A stretch of DNA of 50,051 nt from Candidatus Aminicenantes bacterium (GCA_041686095.1 JAWLEN010000005.1:1-50051), one strand, 5' to 3'; positions 1 to 9,986 are shown, numbered from the stretch's first letter. Notes: generated by a model not told the origin, from the letters alone. Numbers and translations: made by a program.

Positions 1-2
1 AC

Positions 3-227
3 CCTTCCTCTTTAAACAAAGTCCTTGGTGAATTGGGCCTGCCAAAACTCAAATCAGGCAATAAAGAACTTGCTTCGATCACAGGTTCCCGGAATGACAT
101 TTATTTGTACAGATGGGATGACTACCCTTCAGGCATTCTTATTATGGAAAGGACGACTTGCATTGATAGAAGTTCAGTAACCAGATATCATTGTCTTTCA
201 GTCATCACCCTTATTAACAGATATTAG
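3..227 (+). CDS. 3' end of a hypothetical protein entering from the left edge
   Basis: Frame 3 is open from the window start (PSSLNKVLGELGLPK...) to TAG at 225-227 and converges on the next gene. Confidence 0.45.
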   Translation, partial: PSSLNKVLGELGLPKLKSGNKELASITGSRNDIYLYRWDDYPSGILIMERTTCIDRSSVTRYHCLSVITLINRY

Positions 228-252
228 CCTGAATTATTCAGGTTGTTCGAAT

Positions 253-1581
253 TTATTTAATGATATCTTCCCAAAGCTCTTTTCTGTAATCCTCCCTGTT
301 GATAACCTCGCAGTCATCAATGGTATCAACTTGAGAAGTGCTGTAAATCAGCTTTGCCATGAATCCAGGAGCTCTTCTTATTCCTTCACCAATATTGATG
401 ATAACAACATCGCCGTCTTTCAGCAGACCATCAGCCAAAGACTTAAAAAAGCCCCCTACAGCAATGGCTGCTGCCGGCCCTATTCTTACCGCTGACTCAT
501 AAGCCACTAAACGGGTCACTGGAATGGTGTCCACTTCAGGAAAATCATTGATCTCTCCACCACTCTCACGAACTAATTTGCTCACATAAGGATAAGTTTT
601 GGGATAACCTGTAGCCAATGTGGGGATTATGGTCTCGGGATCATGGTAAATTGGATAGGTTTTTTCCCATCCATCAGGAAATCCCTTTTTCTTAGCTTCA
701 GCCCAAGCATCTGCCATAGGAGAGCATTTATCGGTCTGAGTGAGAATAAACCGGGGCATTTTTTTAAAAAATCCCATGCCCTCAAGTTCTTTGCATGCTT
801 TGGCAATCCCCAGAGGTCCTGTTCCCCCACTTAAGGCCTGGATATAAACAGTAGGAAAATCCAACATCAGCCTCAACCACTCATAGACCATAGTTTTTTT
901 CGACTCAATGCGCATCGGATCAAAATTCCCAGCAGCCAGGAGTATTCCTTCTCTCTTGGAAAATTCAAGAGCCATCTCTTTGGCCGCTTGATAATCACCA
1001 TTTACCCTAAAAACCTTTTGTCCAAAACATCCTATCTCTGCTTCCTGAGCATGAGAAGCATTATTAGGAATAAAAGCATATAAAGTAATATCTGCTGCTG
1101 CCAGGTAACGAGCATAAGCTACTCCCACATTCCCTGTCGAAGCTGTCACATAAGTCTTAATATTGTTTTCTTTCAAAACACTGGCTATCATAGAACCCGC
1201 TAAGTCTTTAAAAGTGCCGGTGGCAAAATTATCATCATGTCTATGGGCAAATACTTTACATTTAATCCCATGTTTTTCTTCTGCAAACTTTTCTAAAAAA
1301 CGCCATCTGTCAATGGGCACAATTCCTTCTCCGCAACTGACTATATTATCTTTTTTATTAAGAGGCAGATAATCAAAGTATCTCCATAAACCTGAATAAT
1401 GAGTGTCTTTATCGTGGAGCAGGTCCTCGATGCCTGTCATTCCATCTATATAAACCACATCAGCTTTGTTATCCCCGCAGGAAGGACATCTTTGTCTGTT
1501 TTTAAACCATATGCCAAAGGTTTCTATTTCCTGTCCGCAACTATTGCATTTGAGGTAAAACTTTTTTTTCTTTTCACTCAT
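253..1581 (-). CDS. Threonine synthase-like fold-type II PLP enzyme (possibly cysteate synthase-like)
   Basis: N-terminal CNSC/CPSC Zn ribbon, GLWRY, TGTFKD (PLP lysine), ASTGN, KKTMVYE, SGGTG. Confidence 0.8.
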   Translation of the reverse strand: MSEKKKKFYLKCNSCGQEIETFGIWFKNRQRCPSCGDNKADVVYIDGMTGIEDLLHDKDTHYSGLWRYFDYLPLNKKDNIVSCGEGIVPIDRWRFLEKFAEEKHGIKCKVFAHRHDDNFATGTFKDLAGSMIASVLKENNIKTYVTASTGNVGVAYARYLAAADITLYAFIPNNASHAQEAEIGCFGQKVFRVNGDYQAAKEMALEFSKREGILLAAGNFDPMRIESKKTMVYEWLRLMLDFPTVYIQALSGGTGPLGIAKACKELEGMGFFKKMPRFILTQTDKCSPMADAWAEAKKKGFPDGWEKTYPIYHDPETIIPTLATGYPKTYPYVSKLVRESGGEINDFPEVDTIPVTRLVAYESAVRIGPAAAIAVGGFFKSLADGLLKDGDVVIINIGEGIRRAPGFMAKLIYSTSQVDTIDDCEVINREDYRKELWEDIIK

Positions 1582-2332
1582 TTTTCTTCTCCTTTAGTTT
1601 GATTTGCTGAACCCAGGCCTCCTCTTCTTCTCTCACTAGATCAAGATGAAGACCGCACTCTGTTTTATCAATACCCGGCCACCGACCGCTCCTGGGTCTA
1701 TCTTCTAATATATTTCTTTTTGTGCATTCAGGAGGGAAACAACCGATAGAAGTATATCCCCTGTCATAAAGCGGATGAAAAGGCAGCTTTTTGGCATATA
1801 TATACTGCCATATTTTATGTCGGCTCCAATGAATCAATGGATGAATCCGAATGTATCCTTTTTTGTCGCGCATAAACATATCAAAGGATAATCTGTTGGA
1901 ATTCTGATCCTTCCTCACTGCAGACAACCAGGCTGAAATCTTTAATTTCTTTTTCAGTTTTTTTAAAGGCTCCACTTTATTCAACCGGCAGCATAAATCC
2001 GGATTGTTTTTATAAAGAGGTCCTTTGTTTTGATTCTGGGGATCATTTTTCTTTTTGGCGGACCTGACGGTCTTTACATTCAAATTCCATTCATGGATCA
2101 ACCTGTCCCTAAACTCCAAAGTTTCAGGAAAATGATAACCCGTATCTATAAAATAAATAGGAAAATCAGGTTGGATTTTCTTTATCATGTCTATCAATAC
2201 TACCCCCGATGCTTGGAAGGAAGATGTCATCGCTGCATCTGGATAAATATTTTCAATAACCCAGCCAAGTATGTCTTCGCACCTTGCGTACCTGAACTGC
2301 ATATTGAGCTTTGTAAGGTCATACTCTTTCAT
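1574..2332 (-). CDS. cysH: APS/PAPS reductase
   Basis: TSSFQ, FIDTGYHFPET, LCCRLNKVEP, GYTSIGC, RSGRW, KTECGLH; overlaps the downstream gene by 8 nt. Confidence 0.9.
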   Translation of the reverse strand: MKEYDLTKLNMQFRYARCEDILGWVIENIYPDAAMTSSFQASGVVLIDMIKKIQPDFPIYFIDTGYHFPETLEFRDRLIHEWNLNVKTVRSAKKKNDPQNQNKGPLYKNNPDLCCRLNKVEPLKKLKKKLKISAWLSAVRKDQNSNRLSFDMFMRDKKGYIRIHPLIHWSRHKIWQYIYAKKLPFHPLYDRGYTSIGCFPPECTKRNILEDRPRSGRWPGIDKTECGLHLDLVREEEEAWVQQIKLKEKKNE

Positions 2333-2419
2333 TTTCTAAAAGAGAATACACTTTTCCCTTTTTTTGTTCAAGAATTTTTATGCTTGTATAATTCTTAAAG
2401 TGAAGAGTTTTTTGGGAAT

Positions 2420-3742
2420 CTAAAGTCCGGAAACCACCATGTCTTCAAAAACAAGACTGGGGGTGCGTCGAGAGGAATAAATCCAAGGATCATCAGCTGT
2501 TTCAATCAACCTCTGCCAGAATTGAAGATGGTTCCCAGCAATATTCATTTCAGATACAGCCTGAACCGGTTGACCATTTTCGAATAACTGACCTATGATC
2601 CCCATGGAAGCATCGCCAGTGGTTGGATTTGAGTTCCCGCCGATAAATCCAGTGATGAAGATTCCTCTATTCAAGTCCTTCATTATTTCTTGAACAGAGC
2701 GTTTCCCTGGGGGGATTATAAGGTTGGATGGAGCTCCAGTGGTGGGTTCCCAACCCAATTTCCGGCTGTAGTACCAGTCGATATAGAATTCTTTTAAATC
2801 ACCCGCATCAACCATCGTCCTTTTTTTAGCAGCAAATCCATCTCCATCAAAGAGCCGGCTCCCCAGGCCTCCCTTAATAAAAGGATCATCTATGATGGTG
2901 AAGTGTTGGCTGCCCACATTCTTTTCTTTTTTATCTGCAAGAAATGACCTTTTCTGCTGGATGCTGCTTCCATGCATAGCAGCGAGGAATCCTCCGAGCA
3001 ATCGAGAGACTTGTCTGTTTTCCAGCACAACCGGAAATTTTTCTGTCTTGATTTTTCTGGCTCCCAGTAAGTTAAGGGTGCACTCAGCAGCTTCTTTTCC
3101 CACCTGCTCCGGCTTTGGCATTTCTTTTCTATTGGTACAAACAACAAAGCTGTAATCACTAGGGCGACGATCTCCTTCATCTTTAGCGGTCATAGAAGCC
3201 ACTGCCACATAGATAGTCGCCTCGCTGTATCCTTCAAAACCATTGCTAGCCAAAAGGACTTCTTCCACATAACTGTCCTGTTCTTCTGCAGTAACAGAAA
3301 TGACTTTATCTCCGCCTTTTTCAAGGCAGGATTCCTCAATATCTTGAACCATCTTGTGTCTATCTTCGGGGCTGAAATTTTTATATTCAGGATCAACCAA
3401 CCGTAAATCTTTATCTTCTCTTCCTTTATAATACTTTGGATCTGGAAGGGTTCTGTATGGGTCTTCAGCAAGAAGCTTTGTGGCAGAGACTGCATTGGAG
3501 ATAAAGTCTTTTACGGCTGTCTTGCGCAGATCTGAGGTGCTTTGAGCTGAATATCTTCCGTTGACATAGACTTCAATGCTGAGTCCTCGCGTGGAAGCTT
3601 CTTTTATATTTTCAGGTTTTCTGTTTCTGTAGCTTATTTCAACCAGGCGCTGATTGCTGATTTGGACTCGACAGTCATCAGCACCCGAAGATTTTGCTGT
3701 TTTGATGGACCAATCTGCTAAATCATAGAGTTCCTTGTTCAT
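2420..3742 (-). CDS. pmbA: TldE/PmbA family protein
   Basis: SRLFDGDG, QKRSFLADK, GGNSNPTTGDAS, VSEMNIAGN; no HExxH; follows tldD. Confidence 0.9.
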   Translation of the reverse strand: MNKELYDLADWSIKTAKSSGADDCRVQISNQRLVEISYRNRKPENIKEASTRGLSIEVYVNGRYSAQSTSDLRKTAVKDFISNAVSATKLLAEDPYRTLPDPKYYKGREDKDLRLVDPEYKNFSPEDRHKMVQDIEESCLEKGGDKVISVTAEEQDSYVEEVLLASNGFEGYSEATIYVAVASMTAKDEGDRRPSDYSFVVCTNRKEMPKPEQVGKEAAECTLNLLGARKIKTEKFPVVLENRQVSRLLGGFLAAMHGSSIQQKRSFLADKKEKNVGSQHFTIIDDPFIKGGLGSRLFDGDGFAAKKRTMVDAGDLKEFYIDWYYSRKLGWEPTTGAPSNLIIPPGKRSVQEIMKDLNRGIFITGFIGGNSNPTTGDASMGIIGQLFENGQPVQAVSEMNIAGNHLQFWQRLIETADDPWIYSSRRTPSLVFEDMVVSGL

Positions 3743-3755
3743 TTGTTTTCTCCTT

Positions 3756-5225
3756 TCAACCTCTCACGCCGCCCACAGTCAGCGATTTTACAAGACAGGT
3801 CGGCTGGCCAAAACCCGCAGGCACAGCCTGCCCTCCTTTACCACAGGCTCCTCCCCCTCCTTTTGCCATTTCAAAATCACTCGCGACCATGGTTATGTTT
3901 CTTAACATTTTGGGTCCGTTTCCCATAATGTTAATATCCTTGATCGGAGCTGTGCATTTCCCGTTTTCAATCAATCGACCTTGGGATACATAAAAGGCGA
4001 AATCACCTTCTCCTATTTTTACCTGCCCGTTGCTCACATCCCTAACATAGATCCCTTTTCCCGCTTCTCTGATCACCTCCTCCGGAGAAGAAGGTCCCGC
4101 CAGCATATAGGTATTTCTCATGCGGGGCTGAACATAGTGCTGATAGCTCTGACGCCGACCATTGCCCGTGGGTTTGACTTTATAAAAGCGAGCTGAAATT
4201 TTATCATGCATGTAGCTTGACAGAATTCCCTTATCCACCAGCACTGTTTTTTGACCCGGAGTGGCTTCATCGTCAAAATTGATGGAACCGGGTAGATGAG
4301 GAACCGTTCCGTCATCAACAATGGTCACCATGGGTTCAGCCACTCTTTTTCCCATCATGGTGCAGTAGGTTGATTCTTTCTTTCGGTTAAAATCTGCTTC
4401 CATGCCGTGACCGATAGCCTCATGAAGCAGGACTCCAGTGACTCCTGGTCCGAGCACAACAGGAATCTCTCCTGCAGGAGGCTGGACCGCGTCAAAGAGA
4501 ACAACAGTCCGCTCTACGGCTTCTTTGGCCACTTCATTCACCACGGATTCCGAATAATAAGAAAAATCCTTTCGTCCTCCCAGATTCCATCCAGCTCTTT
4601 CTCGCTTTCCGTTCTTCTCAGCAGTCACACTTGCGTTTAAGTAGTTACGTGGCTGAAGGTCCTCAGCTTTGATTCCTTCGCTGGTCACCACCAGGATTCG
4701 CTTCTGCTGGTCATAAAAAGAAGCATTGACCTTGACCACTAATGGAGAGAGCGCAAAAGCTTTATCATTCACTGACTGGACAAGAGGAAGCTTTGATTCA
4801 AGGGGAACTGAAGTCAGTAAAGATTTGAGAGGATAGTAATTTTCTGTTTTTAGATCCACGAATTTTCCTGAAAAAGCCTTTCCCTCGCCACTTGCAATGG
4901 TGGCAGAGGTAGCGGCTGCTTTGAGCATTGACTTTTCAGTCAGGTCTTGAGTGAATCCATACCCTACCTGATCCCCTTTGACGGTTCTGATTCCCACACC
5001 CAAAGACACATCACTGTAGGCTCTGTTGACCTTTCCATCTTCAAGTATGACCCAGTTGCTTATGGAGTGCTCAAAGAAAAGATCGGCAAAATCCCCGCCT
5101 TTTGACAGAGCTTCCGCCAGGACTTTTCTATAGATTTGGTCACTCATCCCAAATTCGTTTTCAAAATAACCTGGGGAATCTGCCCGGGCAAGATGGTACC
5201 ATCTCATAAAATTTTCACAAATCAT
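3756..5225 (-). CDS. tldD: TldD family metalloprotease
   Basis: GGDFADLFFE, LLHEAIGHGMEAD, TGNGRRQSY, PRMRNTY, CGKGGQ; start codon uncertain. Confidence 0.92.
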   Translation of the reverse strand: MICENFMRWYHLARADSPGYFENEFGMSDQIYRKVLAEALSKGGDFADLFFEHSISNWVILEDGKVNRAYSDVSLGVGIRTVKGDQVGYGFTQDLTEKSMLKAAATSATIASGEGKAFSGKFVDLKTENYYPLKSLLTSVPLESKLPLVQSVNDKAFALSPLVVKVNASFYDQQKRILVVTSEGIKAEDLQPRNYLNASVTAEKNGKRERAGWNLGGRKDFSYYSESVVNEVAKEAVERTVVLFDAVQPPAGEIPVVLGPGVTGVLLHEAIGHGMEADFNRKKESTYCTMMGKRVAEPMVTIVDDGTVPHLPGSINFDDEATPGQKTVLVDKGILSSYMHDKISARFYKVKPTGNGRRQSYQHYVQPRMRNTYMLAGPSSPEEVIREAGKGIYVRDVSNGQVKIGEGDFAFYVSQGRLIENGKCTAPIKDINIMGNGPKMLRNITMVASDFEMAKGGGGACGKGGQAVPAGFGQPTCLVKSLTVGGVRG

Positions 5226-5307
5226 ACCTTTATCAACAAAATCCCCATTTTTCCCGACTCTAATTATACGATATCCTTAAAAAAAAGAGAACCTCCTTTA
5301 TGACATT

Positions 5308-5526
5308 GGAAGCATTTCCAAAACCATGATACGCGTGAAGTATAATGTTTATTAAGGGGAGAGGGCAAGGGATGAGGAATCCCCTGTGAGGGCGGAGCGG
5401 GCATGGTTCCTCTTTAGAGGAGAGCGAAGCCCGAACCGGGAGAGAGATTCATCGCTGGTGAATCGAGCGGGTGACGAATCCCTTGCCCTTCCCCTTATCC
5501 TCTATCACGGTTTTAGAAATACTTCC
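5308..5526. mobile_element. MITE-like element, copy 1 (219 bp)
   Basis: 24-bp imperfect terminal inverted repeats GGAAGCATTTCCAAAACCATGATA / TATCACGGTTTTAGAAATACTTCC; flanking 9-bp direct repeat TATGACATT (5299-5307) / TATGACCTT (5527-5535); second copy at 14128. Confidence 0.85.
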
Positions 5527-5666
5527 TATGACCTTCAATCAACAATAAGCATCCCTTTTTTTGAATAGAATATGTTCTCCTTGAAAGAAAAGGGCTTGGA
5601 TTGAATAAAACCATAGATTAATATAAAATCTATAGTCAAAATATATTTAACAGAGAAGATTTTTCG

Positions 5667-7445
5667 ATGCCTATAAAATACATAAACGGGAATCGGCTTT
5701 ACAATGCCTTTCTTGCAGGCGGAGAGGCTGTGATCAACGACCAAAATTATCTTAATAAAATCAATGTTTTCCCTGTCCCAGATTCTGACACAGGCACCAA
5801 TATGGCTTCCACCATGCATTCTATCATCCAAGGGGCTGTCCGAAATCCTTCTCTGAAGAAAACTCTGGACTCCATTGCTGAGGCAGCCATCTACGGAGCC
5901 CGAGGAAATTCCGGCCTTATTTTTGCTCAGTTTATCCATGGGGTCAACAAGGAAATAAGACAGGAAATGAAAGCCTCGACCCATAGTTTCGGAGAATCAG
6001 TGAAAAAAGCAATAAAACACACTTATAAATCTATTGTCAATCCAGTGGAAGGAACCATGCTCACAGTGATGAAGGACTGGGCTGAAGCTGTGTATAATTA
6101 CAGGACCCAAACCAATGACTTCTATGAACTATTCTCCCTGTCTCTTCCTGAAGCTAAAAGATCTCTCAAAGAAACTCCTAAAAAACTCTCTATTCTTGCC
6201 AAAAAAGGAGTCGTTGATGCCGGCGCTAAAGGATTTGTGGATTTCCTGGAAGGAATTGTCCAATTCATAAAAAAAGGAAGGTTAAAAAGTATTTCAAAGC
6301 CCAAAATCCAATGGGAAGACACTCCTATTCATTCACACTCAGATCGAAATTCCATTGGAGAAAGATACTGCACTGAAGCCCTTTTAACAGGCAGTCATAT
6401 TGACCTTGATAGTCTCAGAAAAGACATTCGAGAATTTGGAAACTCAGCCATTGTGGCAGGTTCAGAGACCAAAGCCAGAATACACATTCACACTGATCAT
6501 CCTGAAAGGCTCTTCTCAAAAGTCAAGGATTACGGCTCTATCATCAACATAAAAGCCGATGACATGGTCAAACAATTTGAAGTCAGCCATAATAGAAAAG
6601 CAGACATAGCTCTAGTGACAGATTCAGCCTGTGATATTCCCACTGAGACCTTAGACCAACACCAGATTCATGTGGTTCCTCTGAATCTGCATTTCGGAGA
6701 CAGTGTGTTCCTGGATAAAGTCACTATCAATCCCAATCAGTTCTACAACCTGCTTAAAACGCAAAAGCAGCACCCCACCAGCTCCCAACCTTCGCCAAAG
6801 ACCGTACAGAATTTATTCTCTTTTTTGTCCACTCATTACGATTCAATCATTGCTGTATCTATCTCCAGCAAACTCAGCGGAGTCTATGAACAATTTATGA
6901 ACGCCGCAGCACAGATCAAAGATAAAAATATCCGCATCATCGATTCAAAACAATTGTCAGCATCCCAAGGTCTCATCGTGCTTAAAATCGCTGAGGAAAT
7001 CCAACAAGGAAGCAGCTTCGAGCAGATCACAGAATCAGTGGACCAATGGATTAAAAAAACAAAAATTCTTGTTGACATCCACACTCTAAAATATATGGTG
7101 CGGGGAGGCCGGGTGAGTCCTTTGAAAGGATTTCTGGCGAAAACATTGAATCTCAAGCCCATTATCTCTCTGGATGAACAGGGAAAGGCCACAGCTTTTG
7201 GAAAGTCATTCAGCCGAAAAAGCAATATGAAAAAAATCATTAAAGAAGTTAAATTCCTGCACAAGACCCAAGGAATCTGGAATTACGCTGTGGTTCATGC
7301 TCAGGCCCCAAAAAGAGCTGATTCCTATGCTGAAAATCTATATCAAGAGTTGGGCATAAAACCCGTCTACATCGTCGATATTTCTCCTGTGGTGGGTGTT
7401 CACAATGGTTTGGGAACGGTAGCGATCGCTGTGATGACCCTTTAG
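5667..7445 (+). CDS. DAK2-DegV fusion (fatty acid kinase FakA/FakB-like)
   Basis: LNKINVFPVPDSDTGTNM, GARGNSG, GVVDAG, RIHIHT; then DegV motifs VTDSACD, TSSQPS, ISSKLSG, RGGRV, VGVHNG. Confidence 0.92.
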   Translation: MPIKYINGNRLYNAFLAGGEAVINDQNYLNKINVFPVPDSDTGTNMASTMHSIIQGAVRNPSLKKTLDSIAEAAIYGARGNSGLIFAQFIHGVNKEIRQEMKASTHSFGESVKKAIKHTYKSIVNPVEGTMLTVMKDWAEAVYNYRTQTNDFYELFSLSLPEAKRSLKETPKKLSILAKKGVVDAGAKGFVDFLEGIVQFIKKGRLKSISKPKIQWEDTPIHSHSDRNSIGERYCTEALLTGSHIDLDSLRKDIREFGNSAIVAGSETKARIHIHTDHPERLFSKVKDYGSIINIKADDMVKQFEVSHNRKADIALVTDSACDIPTETLDQHQIHVVPLNLHFGDSVFLDKVTINPNQFYNLLKTQKQHPTSSQPSPKTVQNLFSFLSTHYDSIIAVSISSKLSGVYEQFMNAAAQIKDKNIRIIDSKQLSASQGLIVLKIAEEIQQGSSFEQITESVDQWIKKTKILVDIHTLKYMVRGGRVSPLKGFLAKTLNLKPIISLDEQGKATAFGKSFSRKSNMKKIIKEVKFLHKTQGIWNYAVVHAQAPKRADSYAENLYQELGIKPVYIVDISPVVGVHNGLGTVAIAVMTL

Positions 7446-7500
7446 ATCAAATGGTTTTAAATAGATCCCCACATCCTTCTTCATACTGGGACAACTTCTC

Positions 7501-8529
7501 CTAATCTCTCAGACTAAGAGGCTTTCCGGAAAGGCTCAGAAACTGCTCTAGCTCTGTATATGTTTTTGCCAGGCAGCAGACCGTGCTGACATTAGGATTA
7601 TCCAGCACAAATCTTATGGCCGCGGCTTTGATTTCCTCAGGATTTTCCAGATTATGCTTTTGAATAAAATCCTCGGCGCGGTCAACCTTTTCCTTATACC
7701 TCTTCAATCCATCGGCATAAAGAGGATTCACTTCTTTGTTTTCTTTCTGCATCCTCTCTACGCTGTTTTTTAGATTGTAATATATGGCTACAGGTGTGGC
7801 CTTCATGATAGCGGTCCCGATATTCTTCTGCCTGCAGACCTCCAAGACTTTCTCGGATTGGTCCATCTTTAGAAAGTTATAAGCCATAAGAAAAACATCA
7901 AAACGGCCGTCTTCTGCAGCCGAAAGTAGCACTTTCTCCATAGTCTCTGCAGGGTCTCTAAACCAGAAAGAACCATGATTGGAAACTCCCACAAACCTGA
8001 CTCTCCCCTCAGCTTTGAGCTCGCTCATGGCCTCGTGGAAACCAGGTGTTTTGAGTGTTTCAACTGTCTCAGCCATATGTATCATGATGCAGTCCACATA
8101 ATCTGTGTCCAGCTCCTGCAGGCATTTTCTGGCACGTCTGAGAAATCCCTGTTTGGATTTGTCTTTGAGAATCTGGATTTTGGTAGTGATAAAAATTGAT
8201 TGTCTGTCTCTCCCTTTTATAGCTTCTCCCACCACTTTATGGTGTCCCGGATACTGTTCTGCTGTATCGATATAGTTCACACCGGCGTCAAGTGCGGTTC
8301 CGAGAACTCCTTTATCCTGGATAGAACCGGCTCCGATATCCGAGACCCTAAAATTTGTGCGTCCCAAAGTCCGGTATTTTCTCACAGAGGGAAACGAAGT
8401 ATCCTGGTCAGGAGAATAGTCTTTATTTGTTTGGGACAGCCTGCTTCTCATAGAGGCTCCCGCGCCCAAAACACCAAAAGCCGAAGACTTTAAAAAACTT
8501 CTTCTATTTAAAATTTTTTTATTATCCAT
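7501..8529 (-). CDS. Aldo/keto reductase with Tat-like leader, C-terminally truncated (possible pseudogene)
   Basis: NRRSFLK leader, YRTLGRT, GVNYIDTAEQY, ITTK, LDTDYVD, GVSNH; frame continues after the TAG as EKLSQYEEGCGDL. Confidence 0.8.
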   Translation of the reverse strand: MDNKKILNRRSFLKSSAFGVLGAGASMRSRLSQTNKDYSPDQDTSFPSVRKYRTLGRTNFRVSDIGAGSIQDKGVLGTALDAGVNYIDTAEQYPGHHKVVGEAIKGRDRQSIFITTKIQILKDKSKQGFLRRARKCLQELDTDYVDCIMIHMAETVETLKTPGFHEAMSELKAEGRVRFVGVSNHGSFWFRDPAETMEKVLLSAAEDGRFDVFLMAYNFLKMDQSEKVLEVCRQKNIGTAIMKATPVAIYYNLKNSVERMQKENKEVNPLYADGLKRYKEKVDRAEDFIQKHNLENPEEIKAAAIRFVLDNPNVSTVCCLAKTYTELEQFLSLSGKPLSLRD

Positions 8530-8654
8530 AACTCCTCCGTCAGTTCAAATTGAATTCATTCTAACGGTAAAGTCATATCTCTTCAACCTGTTTTTACATA
8601 AGAATCTTTTATTATTGATTTTTCTTAACCTTTCCAATAAATTATTATCTTTAA

Positions 8655-9947
8655 ATGAATATGTTCACATCTACAGAAATCATCCTTGCCGTGATGGTTG
8701 TGACCTATGTAGCTGTCAGGGCTTTCAAAATTTCAACCGAACTTTCTATGTTTGCAGCTGCCCTGGCCGGCGCTCTTGTGGCAGGAGATGGGATTCCTGT
8801 GAGGCACATCGTTGAGGGAGCGTTCACTTATTTTGATATCATCCTGATTTTTATCACAGCCACCCTCTTCATGAATCTACTCAAGCAATCAGGCGGAGTG
8901 GCTTATGTGGTGCGCCGAATTCTTGTTCGGTTTCACAGAAGGAAAATCATTCTTTTTGTTCTCTTGACTTTCCTTCTTCTCATTCCGGGAGCCCTCACTG
9001 GGGCGGGCAGTGTCACCGTGCTCATCATGGGGGGCATGATAGCCATTGTCTTGGACTATATGGGTTTGAGCCGGCCCAAAACCACCGCCATCATATTTAT
9101 TCTGGCGGGCTTGAGTGCTGCCGCTCCTCCAGTAAGCCTCTGGGCTATGCTCACCGCTGCAGGAATCAATATGCCTTACGCAGGCTTTTTTCTTCCCCTT
9201 TTTATTCCCTGCGTTGTGCTCGGACTGTCTACCCTGTTTATTCTGGGATGGAAATCAAAGCCTGTTGATTTGGAAAAAGCACTGAGCGAACTTCCTGAAC
9301 CACCTGAAGAGATGAACTGGATTCGAGTGGTTGTTCCTTTTATTGCTTTTTTCCTGCTGGTCCTTGCCGGAAGAGTTTGGCCTCATTCAATGCCTATCAT
9401 CGGCCTTCCTATGATGTTTATGGTGTCTGCGGGGCTGAGCTTTCTTCTTTCGCCAAAAAAATTAGAGTTCCTGAAAATCTCAAGGGATACCATTCATCAA
9501 CTTCTTCCTTTGATCGGCACCCTGACCTGTGTGGGCATTTTGGTACAGATCATGACTTTAACCGGGGTGCGGGGTCTTATCGCCATCACCACGGTCACTC
9601 TTCCCCTTGCAGCAGTCATTCTTACTTTGCCCCTGGTCCTCCCAGCTTCAGAGGCTGTTTTGATGTGGGGAGCTGCTCCTGTTTTAGGAGTTCCTCTGGT
9701 TCTTTTATTCAACACCATTGGTTTGAATCCCATCGTGGCCCTGGCTGGCATGAGCATCATCTGGCCCCTTGGAGATGCCCTTCCCCCCACAGCTATCATC
9801 GGCCGTTTGGCTAAGGAGACTGTCAACATGAAGGAGCCATATTTAAAAATGCTCCGACATTGTATTATTCCCGCCGTAATCATAATGGTTGTGGGCATAC
9901 TCATGGTCATTTACAGCAAGAAACTGAGTTTTCTTACTATGTTATAA
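8655..9947 (+). CDS. IT-superfamily (TRAP DctM/GntP-like) permease
   Basis: About 11-12 hydrophobic segments, PGALTG, AAPPVS, GDALPPTA repeats. Confidence 0.75.
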   Translation: MNMFTSTEIILAVMVVTYVAVRAFKISTELSMFAAALAGALVAGDGIPVRHIVEGAFTYFDIILIFITATLFMNLLKQSGGVAYVVRRILVRFHRRKIILFVLLTFLLLIPGALTGAGSVTVLIMGGMIAIVLDYMGLSRPKTTAIIFILAGLSAAAPPVSLWAMLTAAGINMPYAGFFLPLFIPCVVLGLSTLFILGWKSKPVDLEKALSELPEPPEEMNWIRVVVPFIAFFLLVLAGRVWPHSMPIIGLPMMFMVSAGLSFLLSPKKLEFLKISRDTIHQLLPLIGTLTCVGILVQIMTLTGVRGLIAITTVTLPLAAVILTLPLVLPASEAVLMWGAAPVLGVPLVLLFNTIGLNPIVALAGMSIIWPLGDALPPTAIIGRLAKETVNMKEPYLKMLRHCIIPAVIIMVVGILMVIYSKKLSFLTML

Positions 9948-9986
9948 TAAACCTGAATAGTTCAGGTAAGGAAAAAGAGAGTGATA

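Noticed and set aside
5386-5568. 60-aa ORF
   Set aside because: Lies within the MITE; no protein motif
5535-5984. 149-aa minus-strand ORF, and the many similar shadow ORFs elsewhere (e.g. 9377-9814, 22979-23443, 31607-32116, 35713-36270)
   Set aside because: Antisense or out-of-frame to well-supported genes; no motifs
7501-7503. Pyrrolysine or amber read-through in the AKR
   Set aside because: Read-through adds only 17 aa before TGA, no pyl genes are in the window, and other genes use TAG as a normal stop
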